Of a stretch of 64,000 nucleotides of DNA, positions 10,428-23,145 are shown piece by piece. This DNA comes from Neophaeotheca triangularis (taxonomy: Eukaryota): positions 186,001 through 250,000 of the forward strand of contig BAAIJX010000020.1 in the NCBI GenBank assembly GCA_054600435.1, given 5' to 3'. The notes under the pieces were generated by a model. The model worked only from the letters and a program-made list of their open reading frames with translations, ran no database searches and had not been told where the DNA came from. A program made the translations under genes and the position numbers. Each line of letters opens with the position of its first letter. Within the stretch, counting starts at the first letter, position 1.

Positions 10428-10548
10428 CAGTGACGGCGTGAAGGATCGAACTCACGCCGAAACTTGAGGCAGCTAACCATGAGGAAGCGTTTGACGGCTT
10501 AACCCCGACCCCTCCCAACTACCTCGTGTTTTTTCAATCCGGTCACTG
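10428..10548 (-). ncRNA. tRNA-like structured element with a T-loop/B-box but no canonical D or anticodon arm
   Basis: Minus strand: terminal stem CAGUGAC/GUCACUG, 10-bp stem GAGGUAGUUG/UAGCUGCCUC, and T-arm GGCGUGA-GUUCGAUCCU-UCACGCC. Confidence 0.5.
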
Positions 10549-13500
10549 AAGTTTGGAGCCAAAGCTTACAAATCTCTCTGCATATGTCGTATATGTTGTT
10601 TGGGTCATTGGTGAGTTAGAACTTTGGAGTGAGGACTTGAAGATTTTCTACTGGACAGATGCCAAGAGCCAGTCTCCAGGGCAGTACAAACATAATCGAG
10701 CAACGCAGGTCCATGACATGCTATGAGGAGACCGCATGTTGGAACTCATGGCCAAATACCGCCACCAGCCCACCCCTTGACCCCGAGCCACCAAAACTAT
10801 ATATTCAACAGGCCTTTCAAGCGTTGTAAGAATGGTGCCGTGACTCATCGTTTCGGCACTGAGCTGCTCCTACACTGCTAGACTTCAATTTCCCACTGAC
10901 CTCTGGCAGCTAGGTATACAACCGGAGTAATCCGGTGTTCGCTCAGAAAGCTCTGAGATAGCTTATGGTATCATTCTTTCTTGCTTTTTAGCGCTCTTCA
11001 TCTGTTGAGCCTCGAAAACTCAAAGCGTTCTCGCTTTGGCAATGGCTGAACTGCGGTGTGGCGGACCTTCTCTTTTCCAAGTTCTTGCATGCAGGTTTGG
11101 GGGCATTGGGACAACAAATGGCGTCGAATATGCCTTCCATACATTCACCTTCAACAAAACCTGGACGAAACACAGTAGAATGGTATAGTAGTATGGATCA
11201 TGGCAAACAGCAATTCAACGCTAGACACCAAGTGCGTCGCGGCTCGCCCAGACCGTTCGAGATCGACCACTCACTCTGAAAGCCATGCCCATCCGCCCGC
11301 GACCCTTCATCGATTCCAGACTGATCCTTCCAAATGCCCGAATTCCCGAAAGATGACCTTCAAAGAGGCAAGCAACCGCCTATCCAAGCAACCCATGAGA
11401 AACCCGAACCACCTGTCCTACCGCAACCGCGAGTTCGCACTCCTCCCACAATCCCTCCAATAAACATCCCACTGCCTCCCTTAATCCCCATCCGCCATGC
11501 GCGGATACCTGGGATCAAAGTACCCGCACGGCCACAGACCACAGCTGATGTTGGTGTTGTCAGCGGCTAGCCGGGAGCGAGGGAGGGCAGAAGTCGGTCC
11601 CCTTGTTGTGGCCGTCGCGCTGGCTGCGGATGCTTTGCCATTGGAGGTAGTTGGGGCTGCGCCGGATGAGGCGATTTTTTGGCACTGGTTGGCCGTTGGG
11701 GTACTATGTGCAGGACAGTTTTGGGGCAATGGCTGAGGCGATGGTCGAGGAGTCTCGCGGTCGGACGTAGTCGAAGGGCAACAAGGGCTATGGGTTCCCG
11801 CTAGCGCTTTCATTACACCACGCGCGATTCTAGGTAAGAGGCACCCTAAGTTGTGGTCTGAACCATCGGAGCAGCCGCTCACCGGTAACATAGAAGGGAA
11901 AGTGAAGGGACAGGGTGCTATATGTCATCCCCTCCAATTGAAATGTAAAGGTGGTTAGTCGTACAAGATGAAGATATTCTGTAAATTCGCCTGTGGCTTT
12001 CGCTTCAGATTTAAGAGGAGAGTCAGCATCAACGACCGCCTTGGGGCGATGTTTACAGCTAGCTGTGACAATGAGCAACGCTTCAGTATGGGGTAAAAGC
12101 ACGAGTCGAGTCGGACAGCACCTTGAAGTGGTTCTCCCTCGTGTCGGTCGTTCCAGGAGAATGCGGTCGTCAAGCCGTCGGCATCGTATTCAGCAAGGCG
12201 CCTCGCCAATCTCCATTCGTCATGACAGTGGCTGGCTTGCTAGCCCGGTATAAGATGGAGCGGACACGCCGTGGAAGAACAAAAGACCGTCGACAGCCAC
12301 CGTCTCTTCCAGAGCACATCTTGCATCCCTCTAACCAGCAAATCCTCCTTGTGCGACCTACCTCAGCCTCAAATCCTCTCAAATCCTACCAAAGCATAGA
12401 GCTCTCCAGATCCGCCAAATTTGGAAAACGCAGCCTCCCACCCGAGCAACCCCAGACATCCCCCCCTTGTAGGGCCCTTTCCCGCGCCAACACCTTTGTA
12501 CCACCCACCAGCACAGAGCGTCACGCGCGCCACTCCAAGTCTCCAAAGACGACCACTCATCACCTTCCTACCTCCAAGACCCACGACTAACAATCCACAA
12601 AACCCCAAGCAAAAGCCCCAGACCCCAAGACCACGAACCAGACCAACCCAAACCCGGACGTCGAACAACCAGCACCAAGCTCAAAAAGCACGCCATGACA
12701 GGCTGATTACCGACCTCATCCAATAAACTCACATTGCCAAAGGAACAAGACAGGACTCGCAAGCCCAGCAGTCTGGCGGTCTTAGCTTGCTCCTCCTACA
12801 AGCCATAAGCCCTAAGGCAAGCCTCCCAATACACACGACAACCGCCCAAAAGAGCGCACCTTTGGAAGTCGCGGACGCGGAGCAAGACACCCGCGAACCC
12901 GGTCGCACAAGTCTCGTTGTACTCGCGAGCCAAGTTACCTAGTCGAACAATCACATGTCTTGTACTCACGCATGTACATACCTACCTGTCTACCTCCCTA
13001 CTGTACGTACACGCCCAGTCGCGAGCGTGAGGAGCTTGGTGGCAGGCTTTTCACCCCTCGGCGATCGCTTCAAAACAAAAGGCGGGGAAAGTCGCAGTCA
13101 TTGGCAGTGCTTGCTTCAGCCACTTGTGTGTGCGGAAGCTGCAAAAGCCGCAGGGGGCGCGCGTGACTCTCTTGAGTTTTGACTCCCGTCGTCGTGGAAG
13201 GGGTCAGTAGGTAGGTAGGTAGGCAGGCCACTGCGAGGATGGCCGTTTGCGTGGGGGCAAGGGGACATGGGGGAAACGTTGTGATTGTGGCTTAGTGTCG
13301 CGATACGCGCGCATAGCCAGCTCTAGCTCTAGTCGGTTTGTCGTGCTGTTTGTCTGTCTTACTCGTCTTGTTTGTCGTGTTTGTCGTGTATGTCTGTGAA
13401 AGCGAGTTTGTAGCGCCCATTTGTCGCGACGTCAGTCAGGATTGTGTTGCCTTGAGGACCGCGTGTGGATGGACCGTGTCCCTGATGGCGGAAGCGAGCC

Positions 13501-13847
13501 ATGTCCGACTTCAGGTTGTGTACTGCTGGCACATGGCAACAGGTAACGAGGGAGAGTTGTGGAAGGAGAGTTGTGGAATGTGAGATGCACTGATGCGGTA
13601 CGAGCATTTCGACTTCACAGTGTCACCACATCGCTCCAGGATGATTATTTGGAGTCGTCAGGGCATTGATAATCAAACTTGTTGGATGGGAGATTGAAAT
13701 TAAAACGTTCTGTGCATTTGAAAGCCCTGAATTAGCATACTACAGAGCAGCCAACTATGATAAGAATAATCCCCAAAAGCCGATGCAAGTCATGACTCGT
13801 TGATCTCAAAATCAGCGTGAGACGACAGCAGGCACTGCAACCTTGAT

Positions 13848-15564
13848 CTAAAAAGCAGAACCCTTGCGCTCGACATCGTGAACAGTCTCGACGTCAAGCT
13901 TCTCCGTCTTGCCCATGTGCTGAGAGAAGGTCTCGTGTGGGCGCCACTTGGCGGACGTCCTTGGGCTGGTCTCGGCCATCATCATGTCGACTTGTTCAAG
14001 AGAAAGACCCTTGGTCTCAGGGACCAGGAAGTAGGCGTAGACAAAGGCGCATGTGCAGAGACCGCCCCAGACGAAGAACACAAACGATCGAAGATTGCCC
14101 TCCTCTGTGTTGACCATGTAGGGGGTGATGACGGCGATGATGGTGTTCCAGAGCCAGTTGCTGGCTGTGGAGAGACCGACACCACGGGAGCGGATGGGGA
14201 GAGGGAAGATTTCACCAATGACGATCCAAGCGCCGGGTCCCCAAGTGGAGGCGAAGAAGAAGATGAAGATGGCAATGAAGGCGATCTGTGCGTTGACGGC
14301 AGAGACGTTGTCGGCGACCGGGTCACCGTTGGCGTCAGGAGTGGTCTGGTTGAAACCGACCGTGACACCGATAATGGCGACGAGGAATTGACAGATCAAC
14401 ATGCCAAGCGCACCCCAGATGAGAAGTGGGCGGCGTCCAAACTTCTCAACGGTGTAGAAAGAGATTGGTGTGGAGCAAACGTTAACCAGGGTGAAGACCA
14501 AGGACATCAAGAAGGGGTTGTCGATGGCGCCGGTAGACTGGAGGAAGGGAGTAGAGTAGTAGAAGATGAAATTGACACCGGTCCACTGTTGCATCATCTG
14601 GAGAGAGGTTCCGAGGATGGTCTTGCGCAGGTTAGAGTTTGACTTGAAGACAGAGCCGCTGAAACAGTTGGCCCAGCTGCCGAACCAGCCAGAGGTTGGG
14701 ATGAGCTCGCGCTCGTACTCCTCGTTGGCAATGATTTCAGCAAGCTCAGCCTCGACGTACTCCGACTCCGGGGGCTGGCCACGAATGCGAACGAGCGCCT
14801 GGCGAGCTTTCTCAATGCGACCACGCTTGACGAAGTAGCGAGGCGAGTCAGGCAGAAGGAAGAGACCAACGCCGAGGATGACACCCCAGGCGAATTGGAC
14901 ACCGATCGGAATTTCGTAGGAAGCTGCGTCGGTGCGGTCCTGGACAGCGTAGTTGACGCAGGCAGCAAGAAGCAGACCAATGGTGATGCAGAATTGGTAG
15001 CCTGCGACGAGCGCACCACGAATCTTGCGAGGGCAAATCTCGGACATGTACAGAATGACAATGGCGGATTCGAAACCGACGCCCACACCAGCAATGAGAC
15101 GACCGGCGACGATCATACCGAGGTTCTGAACAGCAATCTGGATGACAACACCTGAATATGTGTGTTAGCAGGTTGTCCAAGAGTGAGTTGTGCTGGATGA
15201 GAGCTTGTGGCTTACCGATAATGTAGATACCGCAACCGAGGACAATGGTAAGACGACGACCGATCATGTCAGCGAGATCACCGGCCATGATCGCACCGAA
15301 GAAAGTACCAGCGGACAGAATAGAGACAATAAGGGATTGGTTGGAGCCGGTGAGTTCAGGGCTCTGAGCGTCTGCCGGGAGGTTCTCGATCAGGCGAACG
15401 AAGACATCGGAGGCGATGACACCGTTGATGTAACCAGAGTCGTAACCGAAGAAGATACCACCGAACGAGGCGAAGGCGCAGGCCAGGTAGGCTTTCCAGG
15501 TGACAGGAGCTTCAACGCTGTCAACGTTATGGGGGACGGACATGGCCCGTTCCGAGGAGGGCAT
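13848..15564 (-). CDS. MFS sugar porter, resembling high-affinity glucose/monosaccharide transporters; intron 15215-15152
   Basis: FGGIFFGYDSG, DMIGRR, YMSEICPRKIRG, PDSPRY, QQWTGVNFIFYY, EKFGRRPLL, GEIFPLPIRSRG and PETKGLSLEQVD sugar-porter signatures. Intron GTAAGC...GCTAAC...CAG. Confidence 0.95.
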
Positions 15565-18249
15565 GATGAAGGTCCTGCTTTGACTTCAGTTGTGGGTAGT
15601 AGGGCGACTCTTGTCTGGGGTGATTGGGTTGAGGTTGAGGTTGGTGTTGGTGTTGATGATCGATCGAGTGGTTGGTAGGATCCCCTGGGTTGGTATGAGT
15701 GAGAGCGAGTGGACGAGGGTCAGGTAGGTGGGCGAGGAGAGGAGGTCGAGTGACCAGGTCAGGCCGGGAGGGATTGTTTGGAGGCGGATGGAGGAGAGAA
15801 GAAACGGGGGGAGAGGTGGGCGACGAGCGTGATACTTATTATACCTCACTTCACAAACGCACCTTCCTGCGGGGCACCCATGGTCCCGGGCGAGGCTGCG
15901 GGAGACCAGGTAAGGTTAGGTACCTACACTACCTAGTATTGATGTGAGCTGGCTGGGGTGTGAAAGCACAGACGATTCTGGACCGCATGCATACCAAGGT
16001 AGTTGCCGTTGCTATTGGATACACTGGCCGCTCCATGCCCCCCCACAACGACTAGTCCCAAAACTGCCACGGTCGTGCGAGCCCCATGTGACCCGTCCAA
16101 TTCGGACTTCTAGAAACACGGCTAGTGACTGTCACTACCTACCGACTTATTAGGTAGGTATCCATTATTGGCTACGGGGGCTGGCCTTTGGTCAAGTTTG
16201 CAGTCTAATAATTGCTTGACTCTTTGCCTAGCTAGCTGAATACGGGTACGACGGGATAATATCATCATGTGCTCGCCACGACGATAGGTACGGCAGGTAG
16301 CAGTAGCCGCCACACTCCTACCGCGAGCAGCCGTATCCGAAAGAGACCTCACCCTGCTAGCTACTAACTACCTTGCCTAGTAGTAAAATACCCTTTGTTA
16401 ATTGCGCACTCGCAGGGAGGCCACGCGACAGCAATGCCAAGATGCAGGCCTGCGAGAGCGACGGAAGAGAGTGAGATGACTGACTAGCTTTTGCCCAGCC
16501 GCGTCCCGACAGAAACGCAAAACCGTGTACCTAGGTAGTCAGCCTACCACGCCTCGAAGCTCGTCGCTAATACGTACCAAGCTCTGACGAGCGAAGATCC
16601 TGCGCGCCACCGATAATCGGGCATGGGAGGTATCGCGCTGTTTCGAATCGCGAAAACTTCATATAGTCGTCGACCCGTCCCAGAGGCCCTGTCACGGCTT
16701 GCTGGTGGTACAACAGACGTCGCGCTGTTTGTCAGCCGTCTCACGTGGGCGTTGACCACGAATAGCAGAGTGGGTATACTACGGAATGGAGAGCAGTGGA
16801 TGTATGAAAAGTCAAGCAGCTCAAGCAAGCAAGCTGGGGTTAAGCTCGCGTCTCAGCCGAGGTTCAGCGTGAGTTTATCTGCGACAGAACGCGCTAGACC
16901 CGGCCATGTGCGGCTATCGACCCTATTCCAGCCTTGGCCCGATTCTTTACCACAACCAGTCAAGACTCACCCCCCCTCCACACCTCCACACCTCACCCCT
17001 TCACCTTTACCACTCCTACCCAGTCGGCGTCTTTTGTCGGGCTTGTTTTCGCTCATATTAGACAACGCCACTGGTCACGTCGTCGATCAATCGCACCACA
17101 ACAAGACCATCGCTTTGCAGTATTGCTCCAGCGTGATCTTTCGTCTGGAAACTCGTGCCGAAATTCTCAGGCCCCCTGCTTCAGTCTACCGAAGTCCGGC
17201 CCATAGCGTTCCGATGGCCAACGTGCCAACTGCCAATCACACTACTCGCCATTAACCATCACTAGCCGGCGGTACCGCCAAAGTGGTCAGAAAACCACTG
17301 ATCTTCCCGGCAATGTGCCGCAACGCCTCTGGGGCCCCTTGGGCCTTGAGTCTTGACACTTCATCGTCCGGATCAGGATGCAGCTATCCAGAGAGGCAGT
17401 AGTGTGGGAGCCTGCCGCTTTCCATGCTTACATAGAATTCGCTGTTTTCGCTGTTTGCCTCCAAATTCAACAAATCTGAACTGTCACTTCAAGTGCGCCG
17501 TCCATTCTCCATACCGTTGTGTGTTCGAGCGGCTGAATTCTAACTCCTGGCGTGTCACGGTTGCTTCAAGACAAGCAACCCGCCTTGTGTACGCCTTTGT
17601 GCAGGCACATCCATCTAACGTTAGTGGCGCCCTACGAGAGCATTGCTAGGGCTAACCTTGGCAATCCTCCGAAGAAAACAAGCAGCGCCATGTTGCTTCG
17701 CTTGCCCTTAGGGAACAAGGATAGGCTTCCACCGGGCACCGCAAAAGCAATCTCGACATCCACACCTGCAGTAGTTTGCTCCCGGTAGAATCTTTCGGGT
17801 TGTTTACCGTCTGTGCGCTCCCATTGTAAGCAGCAATTGTTCTGCATGTCAGTCCACCACGTCCACCTCCTGCGAGATGCGCCTTGACTCGTGAGTCGCT
17901 AAAACTCCCAAATTCTTCGGATCTTGGAGATAGCGCAGCGATTCCACCTTTTCCCACAGCCCTAACGCCCTTGGTCTCACGTATTCCGAGCAAGATAATC
18001 TCCGGCAGATGCTATCGGCATAAGAAGCTAATCTCGCTCGTAGATCTCTTAATAGACTGCCTAGACGCTATCTGCCTTGCCGCTTCTTGGTCGGCAGTCG
18101 GTCGGCAATCGGTCATGCTTCTCATTCGCTAAAGCCTTACCTATACCTTTTACGAAAAGATACGAAAAACAGTCAGCAGCAGCTAGAACACTGTAGCCTG
18201 AGTTCTAGAAGGCGGCTTGAAGAGTCATCATCCACCCAAGCAGTGACAT

Positions 18250-19400
18250 GTTCTCTCCAAATAATGGTCATCACGAGAAACCGCGCCTCCCTTTACAAAC
18301 ACAAACGCAGCCCAGGCCATCAAAACACCTCGCTTGGTCTGGCCAACCCCATCACCCGAAACTCTCAACTCCGACCGCTCGACAAGAGACAGCAGCAGTG
18401 GAGCACATTCGCTTAACCACAGCTATTCGGCCCTTTCTCCACGACTCACTCCATGCGGCATTTGCAAATTTGGAAGCAGCTCTGCAACCCCCCCATTAAT
18501 CTCCGTGTCTACTCCGTTTTTTCCTCACCTCTCCACCGTATCGCTCCACGGGGCGAATGCACTCAGCACCACAAAGTCTGGGCACTCCACCATCCGGAGT
18601 CCACCGTCCCCTTGCTCCTCGTCTCGGGTAGCCATCACGCAGACCGCAAACCTGCCCGAGCGCGACCTTTTCGGTCCGAATAGCTATTCGCCCTCTCCTC
18701 GCTATCCACTGCTCCGCTGCTGCTTCTTTGTGAAGATGTGGCACTCGCTGTCCCACGAGTTCGCTATCCGTGCTTCTCCATCCTTCGTCCCGCGGCGGAG
18801 CCCCAGGTCTCCATCCGTAATCGTATCATGAACTCTGGTTTCGCTTCTTTGTTGGAGACTCCATTCTTTTTCCTTGCGTCTCGCGGAAGTTGCCAGGCGC
18901 GAGGGCGTGGCGAGCCGTCGATGAGATTATTGTCGGTGTGGTCGGCTGGTGGGTCCTTCAGAGGTATGACTTTGGGTCCAACTGTCACTGTGGGTGGCCA
19001 TGTGGCTCTCCACTCTTCATGGTTTGGACTCTGCTCCTGTCATTCCAGACCGTCGCGGTGCCGTGTTGCTGATGTCTGCACTATGACACTGGGCTTCATG
19101 ACACTGGGCCTTGGCTTCGCCTTCGGGATCAAGCTGACGAGCTCGAGCGTAAGCGTTTTGGGGTACTGGTGTCACAAACCGCTTGTTCTGCATTGCCACG
19201 ATTTTCCTTTGCTCTCCCGGACCTGCAGCACCCTTTCATCTGCTCCGGAACCTCGATACCCACAGCAAGAAAGAGACATGGCCTCTATGAGCCACAGCGA
19301 GTTTTTGTTGACTACGTTCGAGAGCGACCCCAAGATCGCGAGCGCAAGAAGCCGTACAGAACTATCTCATCCTAGCGCATTGGATCAACATCGTTATCTC
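18250..19400 (-). pseudogene. Possible degraded coding relic
   Basis: Minus-strand frames give protein-like stretches broken by stops (e.g. LELVSLIPKAKPRPSVMKPSVIVQ..., MVECPDFVVLSAFAPWSDTVER*GKNGVDTEINGGVAELLPNLQ). The long plus-strand ORF 18738-19703 may be an antisense shadow. No family recognised. Confidence 0.25.
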
Positions 19401-20010
19401 ATAAAGCATTCCAATTTCCCTCCTCTCGGAATTTCCCTCCTCTCGGCATCTCAACAAAACGTCCCCTCACCCAAGTGCAAGCTGAAGGACCGGCAAAGCG
19501 CTAAAAGCAAGCGCAGCAAAGAAATGTTATCATCAGATGAAAAGCCCACGTCGAATGTGGAAAGAAAGAAGATATCTCTGTGCTTCAGCGAATCGAGCCC
19601 GCAATCTTTGGTAAGGAAACAAAAACCTATTAATATTACCCCCGAGACATGCAGTAGCGTAAAAGTCGTGTTTGCTCATCATCAGCTTCTTCTTTTGCTC
19701 TGACGGCCGGCGATCCAGGCCGCGAGAGGAGGTGCATCCTTAAGGCTCTTGCTCTTGCCAGCCTTAGGCTGCTTCTCCTCGTCGAACGCCCGGAACATCC
19801 GGCGGGGAGATGCCTTATTGAGGATAAGGCATGTCCTCTTTTGATTTCTTACATCTTGCCGACAGCAGCAGCAACAGCAGCAGCAGCCTCGATTTCCAGC
19901 TCTCTTGTGATCCACGTCTATCCCCTTCCCAACTCTTCCTCTGCTTGTGCCTGCAACATATTCTTTCAAGGGCTTCAGTTCCCCCCTTGCTCTTTTCATC
20001 CGCATCTTGC

Positions 20011-22737
20011 TCACTGAACATTGCTCACAAAAGAATAAAAATCGCGACGTATTGGAGGGTCCTGGGATGGCAAGACTGCATCCATGACAAACCTGCCGTC
20101 TCCATCCTGAGCATCGTCCCCTTGCACTTCCAGCGACTGGTCCGACCCTGGCTCGTGTGGGCCTTGCGAGACTCCAGTTTCTCCCGATAGGCCCTCGTCA
20201 TCCAAGCCGGTCTCTACCGTAGGTCGCAACGACGCATCCTCTTCAATTTCGGCTGAAGGAGGTGAAGCTGAGTTGTCGTACACATCGCGCGGCTGCTCTA
20301 GGATGGAGTCTCTAAATTGACTGCTCGCGCTTCCCGACCTGCCGGCTTGACTGCGCTGCAGACTCGCACTTGGGCTTCTGGCACTACTCCATGGTGCCAG
20401 TTCGGAGATTGGCCATTTGACCTCTGGCGCGTCTTTTTCTGGAATTATCAATCTTGTCCCTTCCGCGTAGTTTTCGACCTTCAAAAGACCGAAGATGTAG
20501 TCCAGAAATTCGGGATATTTCAGAAAGCTCCGATGCCAATCATCGTCAATAGCTTCCTGCAGCGTGAGGTCCGCCTGCGTGAGCTGCTGCTTTAGAAGCT
20601 GAATCTCGTGCGGAGGTAAGGGTGGCTCTCCGTCATGTTGAATATACAAGAAGTAGTACGGTAGGCTCTGGAGGTGCGTTTGCCATTGCGCGAGTCGGGT
20701 GTCGCGCAGTGAGTTGAAAGAGTTGAGAACATGGTTTTTAGCTTGATTGAGAACCCAGGCTCTACAGTGTGTTAGCTCACTGTTGCTTAATTGTCTTGAG
20801 CAGAGTTCCGTACTTAGCGTGATCGATTTCCGTTGGGGGCAAAGTCGAGCCCCTTAACCCGACACGGTCCTTGAAACGGATAGTGGCTTGGTCCCAGTCC
20901 GATTCCAGGGATCGACCCTCGTGCGGACACTCTGGATAGGCAGGCGCGCCGCAAAAAGCGCAACATGGCTGTATTTCGGGCCGTGCACCCGCCGGGGTCT
21001 CTTGAAGTGGGTCGTTGTTTGCTAAAGTGTTTGAGTGCACGTTGGCGTCCAATGGGCTGAACTTGTCAGAGACAGTTTTATCTTGCTCGACCGAGAACCC
21101 TTCGTCTTCTTCGTTGTCTCTGCGGCTAGTTCCACCAGAGGCAATAGAAGCGTTGTCGCCGAATTCATCCATGACAGAGCGGCTGCTTCCATCATGCTGC
21201 AAAGAGACGCTTCCGGCTTTTTCGTCGGAGCAATCAGCTACCGGTGGTATAGCGAACAGCGCGAGCTGCTCCAGGTGTTTCGCAAGGTGGCGTTCCAACA
21301 CAGAAACGCTGATGTATGGACCGGCCGACTGACCCGGACGCTCTACCAAAACCCCTTTCGATCTTTTTGACAGGCTTGGCCCTTCGCAGAAAGGACATGC
21401 TGAAGGAAGGACGTGGGAGATGGCTTGAGAGGCGTTCTGGTCCCTCATATCACCGGTCGACGGATCTAGACTGCCGGGATGTAAAGTAGAAGTGTGTTCC
21501 CTCAACGCTTGAGGGCTTTCCAACGCTTGCTCGGGGCATGCCGTACACTTCCAGGTCCGTCGATGCGATGCCCTTTCGTGGGCGGACCAAGCGGACTTGG
21601 TAGGGAAGAGCGCACTCGTGCATCCTTCGAATGTACACGTATAGGCCCTGAGATCGCTGAGCACGTGTGCTCTGCATGGAAAGCGTCAATGGATAACCGT
21701 CAATGGACTCACAGAGCTTGAAGGGCTCCGTATTCATTGTGAATATTAAGCACATACCTCCATGTCTTTTGCTTCTTGAACATCACCATACCTGAGCAGT
21801 ACGGGCAAGCAAAAGGTTCGCCTTCCGGAGATAAGGATTCCAGAGGTACAACTTGAATCTCCCGTGATCGATCCTCGGCACCGGGACCGGTTTCTATGGA
21901 GGATACTGACGACACGCCGTCGTCGAAGTGATCTAGTTGCTGGAGTCTCGAAACCTCGATATCCTGTGGAAGTAGCGTCGTTGCCTTCGTCGAAGCCAGC
22001 GTCGGCCTATACATGACAGTGCTTGCTCCTTCCTGTATCGGCACAGGCTCGTCGCCCATTGCCGGCTTGTTGTATGCGAGGCGCGCACCGTGATCCCTTG
22101 CATACGCCAGATACTGGCGACGTTGCGTAATGGCCTCACCGAGTTTTCGAAGAAGTTTCGGGCTACCCTCCAGCTTGGGGAACTTCATGCGCACGTGTTC
22201 TATGTCGTAGAAACTCAGCAACGGTGAGTGTCGTGCGGCGGCTCGTTTGGCGAGTTCGAACCGGTCGTGACCTGCGCTACTTTGACGGACTATGACGGAG
22301 ATTTTCATCAGGCTCGTAATGTTGTCGTCAGCTAAGAGCCACAGCTCTGATAACTCCGATTCTGGCTCCGGTCCGGCATCGTCACCCATGTACTTAGCCA
22401 TGAGATCGTCACGGCCCTCATCTTCATCCTGCATCAAGCCTTCGCGCTCGCCGGATAAGATGCCACCAATGTCTTCCAATGTCTCGAGCAGTTCCTGGAG
22501 TAGCTGAACGAATCTCTGTCCGACCTCAGGAACACGGCGCACTCGGAAATCTGCCGACTTGGGATCGCTCGCTGCATGGTATGCACCTATATTGCCCGCC
22601 CAAAGATTGAACCTTGCCTCTTGGTCCAGGATCTTTTGCCTATCAGTGTAATTATCCGCCCGCAAATCCCTTATGTCTTCAAATTTTGCGAGGACTTGGC
22701 GAGTGTAGCGGTCGATTCCAGACGTCTGTGCTTCCAT
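20011..22737 (-). CDS. Multi-domain protein: N-terminal helical domain, AcuF-like C2H2 zinc-finger cluster, and a distinct C-terminal Cys/His-plus-helical domain; introns 21757-21672 and 20813-20762
   Basis: RFNLWAGNIGA...SADFRVR; DIEHVRMKFPKL...KLGEAITQRRQYLAY; PFACPYC...WR|AHVLSDLRAYTCTFEGC...HERASH...CTAC...H...ACPFC...HLAKHLEQLALFAIP. Both GT-AG introns restore the frame. A further donor (GTGAGC, ~20028) might extend the 3' end. Confidence 0.82.
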
Positions 22738-23145
22738 ATTGACTTGCCCTCGTTCCCTTCTTGCTGATTGAAGTCTCTTTATTTTGCAATGCTGACTAGA
22801 TAGTCTGCAGAGTTGCTACCCTGGAAAGTGGGAAGCCTTGCGCATGCCCGTCTCGGCCAGTAAAGGAGGATTGAAGAACAAGGGAGCTCTGCCGGTAAGT
22901 GATCTTGATCTCTTTGATTGACTAGACAGGCATTTGATGGCAGAATGAACTGTTGTCCGGGGGGATTCTATCGAGAAATTCCATCTTGAGATACATGGCC
23001 AGGGTAGGCAAGGCTGGGCACGATGCACCTCAGCTCTAGATGTAGTTAAAAGCGGGGCATGTTGTATATATCTTCAGCCTCGCCGAGCACCCCACCTCTT
23101 TCTAAAGTTTTCTGCACCCGGTGACAAGAAATAAAAAAAGAAGGC

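Noticed and set aside
18738..19703. 321-aa plus-strand ORF
   Set aside because: Ser/Leu/Cys-rich, with no motif and no host codon bias. More likely an antisense shadow.
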